64,000 nt of DNA from IMG/VR virus record IMGVR_UViG_3300044797_000098, positions 1 to 64,000 of that record. One strand, 5' to 3'. The translations under genes were made by a program, and so were the position numbers. Positions 31,682 to 42,451 of this stretch are shown piece after piece. Under the pieces are notes generated by a model. That model did no database searches, was not told where the DNA came from, and worked only from the letters and a program-made list of their open reading frames with translations. Each line of letters opens with the position of its first letter. Position 1 is the stretch's first letter.

Positions 31682-33745
31682 TGTTTGTTTCCTTTGTTAT
31701 TGCACCACGCAAGCACGCGCATGTGCGTATGCTTGCATAGAACACTAACACATATCAACCAGCGCGAATGAAATACCGAACACCCTGATATTCGATTTCG
31801 TTATAGTCGCTTTCACAATCATCACTCACAGCGCGCCAATCGATATTGCTTCTGATTACTTCGGGCAGGTGAGAAAGATCGGGATGCATCTCCTCCATCT
31901 GATCCTCAATGTAGTCCTCAAAATCACCTTCTTCGATCAAGCAATCATCGATATTTTTGCTATACACATGCAAGTCGCCAAGCGTATCCTCAATGGCAAT
32001 CAACTCGTTATACTTCGCTTCTTCGTCTTCGTCAAAAGATTGACCGTCAGTACCAAAACAACCTGCTTTCTCGCGCAAGTCATCCAATTCATTCGCAAGG
32101 TCTTTGAGAGATAGAGTATTCATTGTGTCCTCCTAATAGAGACTGTCAGCGTTATCGTTGTTGCCCTTGTAATAGGACACGTCGCCGTCCTTGTCAAGTT
32201 TCACGCACATGGCAGACTGGAATATCCGACATACATTATGACCGGGCGTTTCCATCTTCGCAAGCCACTTCACCTTCTTCTTTACTGCATCGAGGTTCTT
32301 GCAATAGTAATACACTTGCGGATTGACGAATACGATGTAGTTCATTAGAGTCGTCCTTTCAGTGCGTCGTCAATAGCGTTCAACTTCTGCGCCATCACAT
32401 GGAGATCAAGATCACTATTCTCAATCTCATCAGCAATGGTATTGATTGCTTGTGCTTGCATACGAAACAAGTGAGCAAGCGCCTCTCGATTATACCTTGG
32501 GCATGAATGTTCTTGTGTGTTATCCATCATGCTAACACAACCCTGACACATTATGCGAAGCATCTTACGCCTCTGCCATGTTGATCAATGCCAGCAAGTT
32601 CCCAGCATTCAACTTCTCAATCTGCTCCGCAATGTGTCCAGCATACTTATCTACCAACTGCTCTTCTCTACCGGACTGTGAGTGTTGATATGCAACTTCG
32701 TTCGCACGCCTGCGAAGCCACCAGTATGTATCATCGACGAGCATAGTATCCCCTTCCATAGACGGCAATCAACTTACCATTGTTCGTTAGCATCACGGTA
32801 TCATCACTACCGACATATGCTTCGTATTCTTTGCGTGCTTCGTTCTCATCATTGCCGAAGTTTATGTGATGGCTTTCTTCTATGCCCGGACAACATTCAT
32901 CATCCGACAATGCAACGAACACTTCCCACTTATCCATATCGGACGACTCGTCTTTATCCACATTGTCGGATGGGCAACATTGATTAGGGTTGTCTCGCAT
33001 GAATGACTTTCGCAAGTCATGAAGATTGAGTGATTGCTTCAAGATCGTCATACGATAGGCAATCGACTTAAAATAACTGGTCAGTTCTTTACGCATATGC
33101 TTCATTGTATTTGGTCTTTCCTGTATATGTCTGTTTGTATTTGATTTCCCCACCACCACACTCGCTTGCACGAATGTGGTAGTCGAGAGGTCAATCTCTA
33201 CTTACACACTACTAATTGATGTAGTTTTCGTTCCATTCCCAAGTCCATCACACCCAACAATCAAGTCAGATGTGATAGCAGAAACTTCAACCTACTTACA
33301 TCACCCACTCCACTTTACAATCCTCACACCGATATGTCTTACATGGAATACTCGTACCATCTAAGTATGCTTCATCCGGTATGCTATGACACTCCGGGCA
33401 ACGATGAGGCTTGTCAGTATTAGAATCTACCTTCTTGTATTCCACTGCATGGAATAGTCTGTTGCTCCACTGGAAGTCAAGTGATCCATCTTCCATGTCA
33501 TCCCACAACACCATCACAGATAGCGTATTGTCTTCCACGACTTTGATGGTGCCATATCGGAATGGCTCCTTATCGTGCGCTACTCTGTCGTTTACCTTCC
33601 AGCCTTCAAGCCCCGTTGCTACATTACCACGCATTGTTATCTCCTACATAGGTAGAAACACACACGCAACCATACACTCCAAACCACAACGAGCGCTGTA
33701 AGGAATGCAATCGTCTTTCCTGCGATGTTATCAAACATATGATGT

Positions 33746-34249
33746 CTAAACATAGTGTGATAGTTCCTTACCAACAATTGCTTTGATTAGTTGCAAGCGC
33801 TCAACCTCGTAGATATTCTCATAGTCTGGTTCAAATATACCTTCACCATTGCAGTTATCGCACTTGATCTCGTCGCCTTCGTCATTGACGATCATACCAG
33901 ACTTATCGCATACCGGGCAATCTTCATATTGCGGTTCTGAATCAGAATAGTCCTCGCACATGACATCGATATACAACTTCGATGGCAAGTCTTCCAATGC
34001 TTCTTTGATTGCAATACAGGCTTCCTCAAAACTAAACCCGCTCCACTCATTCTCATTGCCATGCTCGTCAGTCGCTGGCGCACAACAATCACTCGCACAT
34101 GGCGGACCGAAGTGTAAATCATAATTAGCAAGACGAACCGCTTTTGCAACTTCTGCATCGAAGTGCTGTTTGCGATAGTCTTTTGCGAATGTCTCCAATA
34201 CTCTGTCGTATGCTTTATTCATTGTTCTAAAACCTCCAATCCAGCACAC
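33746..34249 (-). CDS. Hypothetical protein with DnaJ-like zinc finger
   Basis: CPVCDKSG...CDNCNGEG. Confidence 0.6.
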   Translation of the reverse strand: MCWIGGFRTMNKAYDRVLETFAKDYRKQHFDAEVAKAVRLANYDLHFGPPCASDCCAPATDEHGNENEWSGFSFEEACIAIKEALEDLPSKLYIDVMCEDYSDSEPQYEDCPVCDKSGMIVNDEGDEIKCDNCNGEGIFEPDYENIYEVERLQLIKAIVGKELSHYV

Positions 34250-34276
34250 ACGTGTGTATGTGCTGGCGCAGAGACG

Positions 34277-34669
34277 TTAGACTTCCGTATTCAATGCAAT
34301 ATCAAAACTCTCGTAGATGTAGTCTTTGATGCCGTTCCTGTTTCTACCAGAAACCGTCATATGAACACCGTGGAATGACGGAGATACTCTGACAACATGC
34401 TCTGTCCAACCATCATATGATCCGTTCTCATCCATATGATGATATGCCGTACAAAAGACAAGCCTGTTATTACTAACCTCTAAATCAATTTTAGTACCAC
34501 TATCAAAACCCGACCCCGAGGGAAGATGATTACGAACAAGTTCTTCAATCTTTTCCTCGAGCTTCAACTTCCACTCGGAATTGAACCCATCAATGCAATT
34601 CAATCTCGCCTGAACCAACATTGCAAGTTTAGCGTATAGTTTCATCATTACTTCCTTTCCGGCTTGCAT
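34277..34669 (-). CDS. Hypothetical phage protein
   Basis: 130 aa, co-oriented. Confidence 0.6.
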   Translation of the reverse strand: MQAGKEVMMKLYAKLAMLVQARLNCIDGFNSEWKLKLEEKIEELVRNHLPSGSGFDSGTKIDLEVSNNRLVFCTAYHHMDENGSYDGWTEHVVRVSPSFHGVHMTVSGRNRNGIKDYIYESFDIALNTEV

Positions 34670-35254
34670 GCTTTGCGGAAACGATCCTCATCGAAGTTAG
34701 GATTGTCCGATTGAAAGAATAGAACGAATGCATTCTCAACGGCAATGGGCGCTCGACAATCATACACCGTTTCACCATCCTGATGCCTTATCGCGAATAC
34801 ATCAGTCATGTAGAGATCTTGCACCATCTTCGCTGCCTTATTGTAATTCTTCTTCATCATCATGATACTTTCTCCTTTGCCAACATAACGCTGAAACCAA
34901 TAGTGGTGATTATAACAATACCAACCCAGAACCCAGCGAATCCATATGAATGCTCGCTAATATCCAAGCCGGTATTGATACAGCCAATTAGAATCAATGT
35001 CATATCAACCGTGGCGAATAGATGCTTCATTGCTAATTCCTATTGATGATTGTAATATTATACTCCGCTGATCTCTTTGCCTTCTTGTATCTCACATTCA
35101 AGTAGAATGCAACTGATGCAACCTTGTCTCTACACATGTAGAGTGCGAACTTGCTTCTGTATTCTGGAAGAATCGTATATGTGTTCATAGCTCTTTCCTC
35201 GTTTCAGAATGCTCATTACCGCCCATGCATATACACGGGCGGGATATGAACACA

Positions 35255-35689
35255 CTAAATGTAGATCATTCCATTGTCGCCAACATAACAATCAACTTCA
35301 CCATACGCTTGTGCGTTAGTATGCAGGCGATCCCTAACATCTTCATCGATGTAGTCCCTATCTTGGAAGCCTACTCCGTGCCTGTTTCTCGTCAAAAACA
35401 AGTCGTGCCCACACTGCTCTTTCCCACTCCAATTACCATCATTCGTGCGCCGATACGGAATCGTTGCAATATCAGACGCATTCTCCTCTTGGAACTTCTT
35501 GCAGTCCGCAACGATCTTGATCATAGCAGACTCCGCAATGTCGTCAATCGAATAATTCTTGTCGAGGGGAACGTCATCGTCATCGCAGGATGCCCATAGC
35601 ATGGCGTCCACGTAGGCTTGTGTAAAACTGTCAATCTCATTCCATACGCTCATTGTTCCACCTTGTATTGGAAGTGTTGTTCTCCCCAA
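35255..35689 (-). CDS. Hypothetical phage protein
   Basis: About 130-144 aa acidic protein, GHD...TRNRHG.GF motif. Confidence 0.6.
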   Translation of the reverse strand: MGRTTLPIQGGTMSVWNEIDSFTQAYVDAMLWASCDDDDVPLDKNYSIDDIAESAMIKIVADCKKFQEENASDIATIPYRRTNDGNWSGKEQCGHDLFLTRNRHGVGFQDRDYIDEDVRDRLHTNAQAYGEVDCYVGDNGMIYI

Positions 35690-36042
35690 CCATTGATGTC
35701 AGCATCATCCCACTTCAATATTAGGATGCCATTCTTGATAGCAAGAACCTCACCAACTCCATTGTATCTAATCATCAATCGATCGCCAACCTCTGCGGGG
35801 CTATCTTTGAACACAATGATCTTATGACCATTACCAGCAGTGTGCATCTCGCATCTAATCGTTTTTGCTTCTCTCTTCATGGGAGATTGCATGAGAAACT
35901 CAATGGCACGTTCAAGTTTTAGACATGCCTCTCTTGCGTCCTGAACATTCTTGACATCAATATCCAATTCTGGATACTTATTACAAGGATGCCCGTTATC
36001 ATCCAATACTTCAATTGGAATCTTAATTCTGAACGTTGCCAT
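35650..36042 (-). CDS. Hypothetical protein
   Basis: GGAG RBS; its upstream region is split by the tnpB copy 3 insertion. Confidence 0.6.
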   Translation of the reverse strand: MATFRIKIPIEVLDDNGHPCNKYPELDIDVKNVQDAREACLKLERAIEFLMQSPMKREAKTIRCEMHTAGNGHKIIVFKDSPAEVGDRLMIRYNGVGEVLAIKNGILILKWDDADINGWGEQHFQYKVEQ

Positions 36043-36155
36043 TGCAATCTCCCTTGTTATTAGAATTGTTGCTATTATAAGGCGTCCCAGAAAAAATCGA
36101 CATCTAACCGAAAAATACTTGACATTTTCTACTACTATCGTTATATATAAGAGTA

Positions 36156-37364
36156 ATGCAACGAACGATCTCTATCAAAATTGACGCACCAGCAGAGTTT
36201 TTAGATTACCTAAAAGCTTGCAACGAGCTATACAGCAGGTATGTTGAATGGTGTTTCGAGACCAAGAGCTACAATAAGAATAAATCTCATACCGAGCTAT
36301 ATGAAAAGTTTCGTCAGGAGTTTCCAAGTATCAATTCTGCCACCATTCAGTGTATTAGAGATAATGCACTTGAAAGCGTCAAGGCATTGAAATTCAAATT
36401 CAAGCCGAAAAAGAAGCCACATTCTCATATTCGTTTTGATAAGAGAACGATCGCTCTTCGAGGTGATCAACTATCGTTTGCATGGTCAGGTGATCGTATC
36501 AAACAGATCATAAAGATACCAGAGTTTTTCAAAAAACGATATGGATCTTGGAAGTTTCAGGCAGCAACAATAGGCTATAATAAGCATAAGAAGCAATTCG
36601 TTGCTAATCTGATTTTTCAATCAACTGCTCCGCAGGAGCTTCGCTCTTCTGCTCCGCAGGAGCTTCGCTCTTCTGCTCCGCAGGAGCTTCGCTCTTCTTC
36701 ACCTGAAAAGAAAGGTGATCGTGTAGTTGGTATCGATCGTGGACTGTATAACATAGTGTCTCTATCTGATGGTTTCAAGTATGCTTCCAATCAGGTCAGA
36801 AAAGTGAAACGAGAAGTCTTGTTTCTCAAAAAGCAACTTCAAACAAAAGGCACCCATAGTGCTAAACGCAAATTGAAAGCGTTGTCTTGCTATGAGAAGC
36901 GGTTTAGTTTGAATGTCAATCATATCATCAGTAAATTGTTAGTTTCGTTGCCATACGATATTTTTGTTCTCGAAGACTTGAAAGGTATTCGTAAGCAAAA
37001 ATCAAAAGGCAAACGACTAAACAAGTGGCTTGCTAACTGGTCATTTTGGCAATTAGAGGCTCTTCTGGGATATAAGGCAGAGATATTTTGCAAGCAAATT
37101 GTCAAAGTCGATGCTCGATATACCAGTCAAAAGTGCTGCAATTGCGGTCAAGTAGAAAAAGCCAATCGTGATGGCTCACATTACCACTGTGAGCGTTGTG
37201 GATTTAGGTGTCATTCGGATACGAATGCTGCTAAAAATATCCGCAATAACTATCTCATCTCTGCTGCTGAAAAACAGAAGGCAGAGCAGGCTATGTGTCA
37301 ATTAGCCGAATGCTTCGTATCGAAAGATACAGAAACAAGCCCCGTTGCTTTTAGCACGGGGTAA
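36156..37364 (+). CDS. tnpB: TnpB RNA-guided nuclease, copy 3, with a 3x APQELRSS insertion
   Basis: GIDRG, LEDL, HSDTNA RuvC motifs and zinc finger; right end CAAGCCCCGTTGCTTTTAGCACGGGGTAATTGA. Confidence 0.93.
   Translation: MQRTISIKIDAPAEFLDYLKACNELYSRYVEWCFETKSYNKNKSHTELYEKFRQEFPSINSATIQCIRDNALESVKALKFKFKPKKKPHSHIRFDKRTIALRGDQLSFAWSGDRIKQIIKIPEFFKKRYGSWKFQAATIGYNKHKKQFVANLIFQSTAPQELRSSAPQELRSSAPQELRSSSPEKKGDRVVGIDRGLYNIVSLSDGFKYASNQVRKVKREVLFLKKQLQTKGTHSAKRKLKALSCYEKRFSLNVNHIISKLLVSLPYDIFVLEDLKGIRKQKSKGKRLNKWLANWSFWQLEALLGYKAEIFCKQIVKVDARYTSQKCCNCGQVEKANRDGSHYHCERCGFRCHSDTNAAKNIRNNYLISAAEKQKAEQAMCQLAECFVSKDTETSPVAFSTG
36625..36696. repeat. Three tandem copies of the 24-nt hairpin element
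   Basis: (CTGCTCCGCAGGAGCTTCGCTCTT)x3. Confidence 0.95.
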
Positions 37365-37643
37365 TTGATTAGAATGCTTTCTACCGCACACATGCGTTTG
37401 CACATATGCATGCGGAGGAAAGAATGCTAACGGTTATTACTTCCCCATCCATAGTCTTTATCAAGACCAAACGAACACTCTGCCTCTGCAACTGCGCCAT
37501 GCGCGATGCCAGCAATCTCCCTATAACTATATCCAAGTGCAGAATACTTCTTGATGACAGCGAGAACGGCATTGAATACTTCGCCAGAAACATTCAATGC
37601 GTCTTGTTCATACTTGTCATTCTTATTGAATAATGACTTACGT

Positions 37644-38465
37644 TCACTCATCTTCGTTCTCCTCATATTCATCTACGTTAACACCGCATTCAATACAGCA
37701 TGTACCGTTCGGCGTATCCTGTAAGTCTTTCGATCCGCAGTGAGGACAACTGCTACTATCTTCCTCTTGTTCGCCATTGAAGATTGGCATCTCCTCTTTC
37801 GCAATGAAGACACTCCACGTAGAATAGAACTGGCTATTCTCATCGAGATTGAATAGGAATCTCGTGATACCTTTCTCCTGCAATTCCTTTGCGATCTTCT
37901 TTGGATCCGCAGTCTGACCAGAATGCCAACCGCTCTCTAATCTCTCTTGCGCGCACACATACCCATGGTCAGCGGGATTGATTGATTCAATCGTATTACA
38001 CCTATTCGGATCTCCTTCAAGATCCTCCAAGTGTTTCTCGGGATCATTCGAGATACAAACACAACACAAGATCTCACCATCTCCCACAACGAAGTTCGGC
38101 TGCCACGAATAACTATCGGGCGACGTGCGAATCATCTTTCCGCAATCGCTGCAACTGCTAACTTCATCCGACCATTCCACATTGACGCCCATCTTCTCGA
38201 AGATATTACATAGACGGGAAGGAAGATCGGATATGACAACACGGCTATTACTCGCACGATCATACACGTCTACGTTATTCCAGTTCGCCACAATATATAT
38301 ACAGTCATCGTCGCCCGGCTCACTGCTTTCCGTGTAGATTTGAATACCGTCAATATGATCGCTAACTTGGTATGTGCCAAGTTCCTTGTCCTTCTTCTCT
38401 GCCATCACACGGGCAATCTCCAAGATACGTTCCACACGTGCAAACAACTTCTTGGTATCAGTCAT
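37644..38465 (-). CDS. Hypothetical acidic protein with zinc-ribbon motifs
   Basis: 273 aa, CSDCG, CCVC, CPHCG...CIECG. Confidence 0.7.
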   Translation of the reverse strand: MTDTKKLFARVERILEIARVMAEKKDKELGTYQVSDHIDGIQIYTESSEPGDDDCIYIVANWNNVDVYDRASNSRVVISDLPSRLCNIFEKMGVNVEWSDEVSSCSDCGKMIRTSPDSYSWQPNFVVGDGEILCCVCISNDPEKHLEDLEGDPNRCNTIESINPADHGYVCAQERLESGWHSGQTADPKKIAKELQEKGITRFLFNLDENSQFYSTWSVFIAKEEMPIFNGEQEEDSSSCPHCGSKDLQDTPNGTCCIECGVNVDEYEENEDE

Positions 38466-39634
38466 TGTAGATCTCCTTCTTTCGTCTTGCGTCTTTCATA
38501 CGTCGCTCGCGCCTATCACGAAAGACTTGCTTCTTGCCGGTATTAGCAAGAATCATTCCACGTGCTACATTCGATTGCTTTTTCATGATTGTTTCCTTAT
38601 TCCTGCACACACTTGCATGTATGCAGGGTAGAAAGAATCAATCCTTATTAGTCTTCCAGTCCAAGTGCATCGCGCATCTTCCATTGCACTTCTTGCTTCC
38701 CAGCAGCATATCCTTTGCTATGTGCATCATCCACAATACGACTGATGAACTTCGTTGCAGACATATGGGAAAACTTTGCTTTCTCTTCCTCTGTTTCTCC
38801 ATCGGCAACGGCGTCTTGCTATCAACCCATACCAACGAAGACTTGCAAGCGGTTATTGAAGTGTGGCACATTATCCTTCCTTAAGCGAGCGGAGCGTATA
38901 TCCACACATTCCGCTGTTGTGTATTCCAGTGTGCGACCAAGTCGTAAAACTCTGACTTTGTCATATACACACGTGTCTCCTTATCGCCTCTCCTACCACT
39001 CGGTAGGTGCAACCACATGTATCGGAATGTATTCATGGACTTACCTCAATGAATGATCTGATACGGATGCCCGTCGGGATTGTGTAGATTCGTTTGCTCA
39101 TCGGCTTCGATGTCATATTCGCCAGACACTTCCCACGTTGCAACAATCTTGAATATCTTGGTCATTGTTATTCTCCGATGTGTGTTGTGTTGAATGCTTA
39201 TTGCTGCACACGCATTACCATGTGCAGACATAAGAATGCAACTAACTTACTTACCGTATGCGACTTTCAGACTCAATGCCAGAAACACCAAACACAACAA
39301 CATCGTTCCATTGACATACATAACACTCGTATGAATGCCAACCGTGCTAAGGAACGGAAGGAAGATACAGGCAATCCAAGTCAAGGCGAACGCACATACA
39401 CATGCGAAGACGAACTTCATTGTCATACTCCTTCGATTGGATCAAGCCATGCAGCATGTTCAATCAGCAACATAGCAAGATGTCTCGCTTCGCTGGGAGA
39501 CATATGCACATGTGCTGCGTTTTGCAAGTAGTTGGAAGACGTGAATGTCGCTACAACATTCTTGGTCTCACGGCTTGTAGAAACAACATTATGTCCATGA
39601 CTAAGTGTCATCTCACCGAATGTAATCGTTCTCA

Positions 39635-39961
39635 TCAGTGTTCCAGTCCTTTCATTTCCTCCATACCTCGCCACACACAGATATGCTCATGTCGTGGCAT
39701 AAACTCATCTTCGCCACATGCATAGCCGTCTGCGCAGCAGTTGTATTCGCCGTTCTCACCAATCTTACCTTGTGGGTCTTTCTGATGACAACGATGCCAA
39801 CCGACAACGAATCCCGTTTGCTTGGCATTGGCGCAAGGGATCTCCGGTGCTTCCTCACGATCGCCAGCCGAATTGAACACCGGATGGCTTTGGCTCGCAC
39901 ATGCAAGCATGCACACCGGAATGATGACAGAAAGAATGGTCTTGATTGCTTTGGTATTCAT
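39635..39961 (-). CDS. Cys-rich lipoprotein
   Basis: Lipobox MLAC. Confidence 0.55.
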   Translation of the reverse strand: MNTKAIKTILSVIIPVCMLACASQSHPVFNSAGDREEAPEIPCANAKQTGFVVGWHRCHQKDPQGKIGENGEYNCCADGYACGEDEFMPRHEHICVWRGMEEMKGLEH

Positions 39962-40374
39962 TGTTATATCTCCTATGTTGTTATCTGTTGTTGCTTGGCG
40001 GATATGGCGCTAAGATGTATAGCGCACACATAATGGCAATTCCGTGTCCCCCACTTTGATGTAGGAGAGCGTAATACGCCACTCATCGCACAACTGCCTA
40101 TTGTCTCCACCAGTATCCCATGTGGTCAAGCCAATATGCTTGCTTTGGCTTGTCGGGCGTTTCCATACTCGTGTTTTCCACACTCCACTTACCCACACGG
40201 TTTCCATTGACGTCTTGGATACCACGAGTAATCATCTCACCACACTCATCCTCACACGTCTCCACATACTCGTTGTCTTGAATACGTTGTGCGACCTTCC
40301 GCAATGCGGAAGCAAGATCATCACTTCCACACATACTAGAGTTTCCCAATTCGATTGTCAGTTTGAATATCATG

Positions 40375-40635
40375 TTATCCTACCTCTGCGTGGACTTCCT
40401 CACATTCACTCTTCGGCTCTCGCTTTGGCTTTGGCGACCATTCCTCATAGACAACACGTTTCGTCATAAGAGACATTGGATCACCGCAACAAGTGAATAC
40501 ATGCTCTTTCGGATATAGGAAGTAGTCTCCGCTATTCGCACTAAACGTACAACCACATTCACCCGTGCACATAAGGAATGGCTCAGGATAAATCCTATTA
40601 CTTGTAAGGTCAGGTAAGTCTTTGACTTTCACCAT
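40375..40635 (-). CDS. Zinc-finger hypothetical protein, paralog of 41999..42451
   Basis: MV.VK.LPDL...CGECG..SANSGDYF shared. Confidence 0.6.
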   Translation of the reverse strand: MVKVKDLPDLTSNRIYPEPFLMCTGECGCTFSANSGDYFLYPKEHVFTCCGDPMSLMTKRVVYEEWSPKPKREPKSECEEVHAEVG

Positions 40636-41234
40636 ATTAGTATCCTTTCACATACTCGACCATATCTTGATCGGTTTTAGCGTTGTATGTACTGCCATTC
40701 GGAAGCATCACACACCATCCAATGGCTTGTGAGTTTTTGCGTACAGTCAAGTCTTTCGTGCGCGCTTGAATGATTGCAACCTTAATCCTTTTAGGATCCA
40801 TTGTCTTACTCCTCAATCGAGAAGGTGTAGATACTTACTTCCTCGCCATCATCCTTAAGGACGTCTACAACATCCCACGACCGGCTTCCTACTTCTTCTA
40901 GTAGAATGCCGGAGAATGCCGGATATGTAAGTCCTTTCCCGGGCTTGCTTGTGCGCGCTCTCACACTGACACGATAGAATCTTTCAAGGAACACGTAATC
41001 ATGATCATACTCATCATATTCATTGTGCTCAACCATCTTACATACTCCTCTCGTGAACCTGCTGTACCATCATTGCATGCGCGTACATGTTAGCAAGCAA
41101 TGGCTCCAAGTACATACCAAGCGCAACACCACACACAAAAACGAGAAACGTCTTCATTATATCCTCCTTGCTTTTCCAACATTGCACACGTATCCCTACA
41201 TGTGCAATAGCAGAATATCAAGGCTCTTACAGTT

Positions 41235-41813
41235 TTAGAAAGCGATCATACACATTGGAGAACCCACGCTATTAGGGGTGTATGACTGATATGGGAACAC
41301 AAGTCCGTTCTTAGCGAAGTACTCATCACCAATACCGACACTGGTGGTAATGTAGTCAATGTTATCCTTTCCTTTCATACCACCTTTCCTGTTAGGACGG
41401 AAGAAGGTGAAGAAGATGGCTCCCTTGTACTTGTTAGCCTCACATGTGCTGAATACGTCTGCTAGAATCTCCGTACCTTTCTCCACACCAGCGCACAAGT
41501 CTACATTGATGCTTGCAATGTTCGCTTTGCCATACGTTTGGAACGCCCATCGTACCGTCTCTTCGATGGTATTCTTAGGTGAGAGAGTAGCACCGAGTCT
41601 ACTTGCCATAGCCCGCGCAACATAGTCCACGTCGCAAGCAATGATGTTAGAAGGTTTGATGCCGTGGTCAATTAGGTGCCTAATATCTCCGCACTTACGA
41701 CTTGCAATGACAATGTGTTTGCCAGTGAGAAACTGGCGCCGTTGTACTCGGCTGTATGCAAGTGCACGTGCAGCAGTCTTTTGAGGCGACATATCGGTTT
41801 TATATAATGCCAT
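41235..41813 (-). CDS. Putative class I SAM-dependent methyltransferase-fold protein (start MALYKTD)
   Basis: IVIASRKCGD...IIACDVD...INVDLC pattern resembles Rossmann motifs I, II and IV. Confidence 0.45.
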   Translation of the reverse strand: MALYKTDMSPQKTAARALAYSRVQRRQFLTGKHIVIASRKCGDIRHLIDHGIKPSNIIACDVDYVARAMASRLGATLSPKNTIEETVRWAFQTYGKANIASINVDLCAGVEKGTEILADVFSTCEANKYKGAIFFTFFRPNRKGGMKGKDNIDYITTSVGIGDEYFAKNGLVFPYQSYTPNSVGSPMCMIAF

Positions 41814-41829
41814 GTGCAATTCCTCCTGA

Positions 41830-41884
41830 GGTTTCAATCCCCACGACAATACCTCATGTGAGATATTGTCATAGACACGGAAAC
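41830..41884 (-). repeat. 55-nt intergenic hairpin, copy 1
   Basis: Near-identical to 44413-44467; 14-bp stem; starts GTTTC and ends ATTGAAAC(C). Confidence 0.85.
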
Positions 41885-41998
41885 AACGCAATGATCAAGG
41901 CTTCCTAAGATATGCTCGTGCTTCCTTCAATGTATCAAAAGACTTCCACACATGCTTACCTTGTACGTCCAACCCCACCACATGGTACACACCATGCC

Positions 41999-42451
41999 TC
42001 ATTGAAAGAGTCTTGCCCCTATTCCTCTGTATATACCCACATGAGAACGCATACCGCGTGAGACTTGTATCAGCATTAAAGTACATACACTTACGTCCCA
42101 CCCCTCCGACGTTCCGGCATCTTCCAGCAGAACACCGGAGAATGACGGATATGTAAGACCTTCTCCAACACGAGGAGGAGTAGTTCCGAACTGTCTAACT
42201 TGCACACGATCGCCCTTGTGTAGTTCTTTGGGTTCCGGTGTAGTCTTCTTCGGTTCCCATTCCTCATACACAACACGTTTCGTCATAAGCACCATCGGTT
42301 CACTACAACACATGAATACATACTCATGTGGGTAATTGAAGTAATCTCCACTATTGGCAGAATACTCTGCACCACATTCACCGCATGATAGAAACGGTTG
42401 TGGGAAGATGTTCGTGCCAGTAAGGTCAGGTAGATTCTTTACTCGCACCAT
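41999..42451 (-). CDS. Fusion paralog of 40375..40635 and 40806..41036
   Basis: N-terminal half matches the first, GLTYP.FSG.LLE matches the second. Confidence 0.6.
   Translation of the reverse strand: MVRVKNLPDLTGTNIFPQPFLSCGECGAEYSANSGDYFNYPHEYVFMCCSEPMVLMTKRVVYEEWEPKKTTPEPKELHKGDRVQVRQFGTTPPRVGEGLTYPSFSGVLLEDAGTSEGWDVSVCTLMLIQVSRGMRSHVGIYRGIGARLFQ

Larger units (their letters stand above)
36061..37369 (+). mobile_element. tnpB-only insertion (left-end hairpin not recognisable)
   Basis: AT-rich plus-strand island in a minus-strand operon; promoter TTGACA-17-TATATA at 36119-36147; right-end hairpin at 37339-37361. Confidence 0.65.

Noticed and set aside
33200-33235. CGAAA followed by an ACTAC/GTAGT hairpin
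   Set aside because: No CUGANGA core and G at the would-be cleavage position
29200-38630. Intercistronic hairpins as integron attC sites
   Set aside because: No RYYYAAC/GTTRRRY boxes and no integron integrase; the wobble pairs and GNRA loops point to RNA
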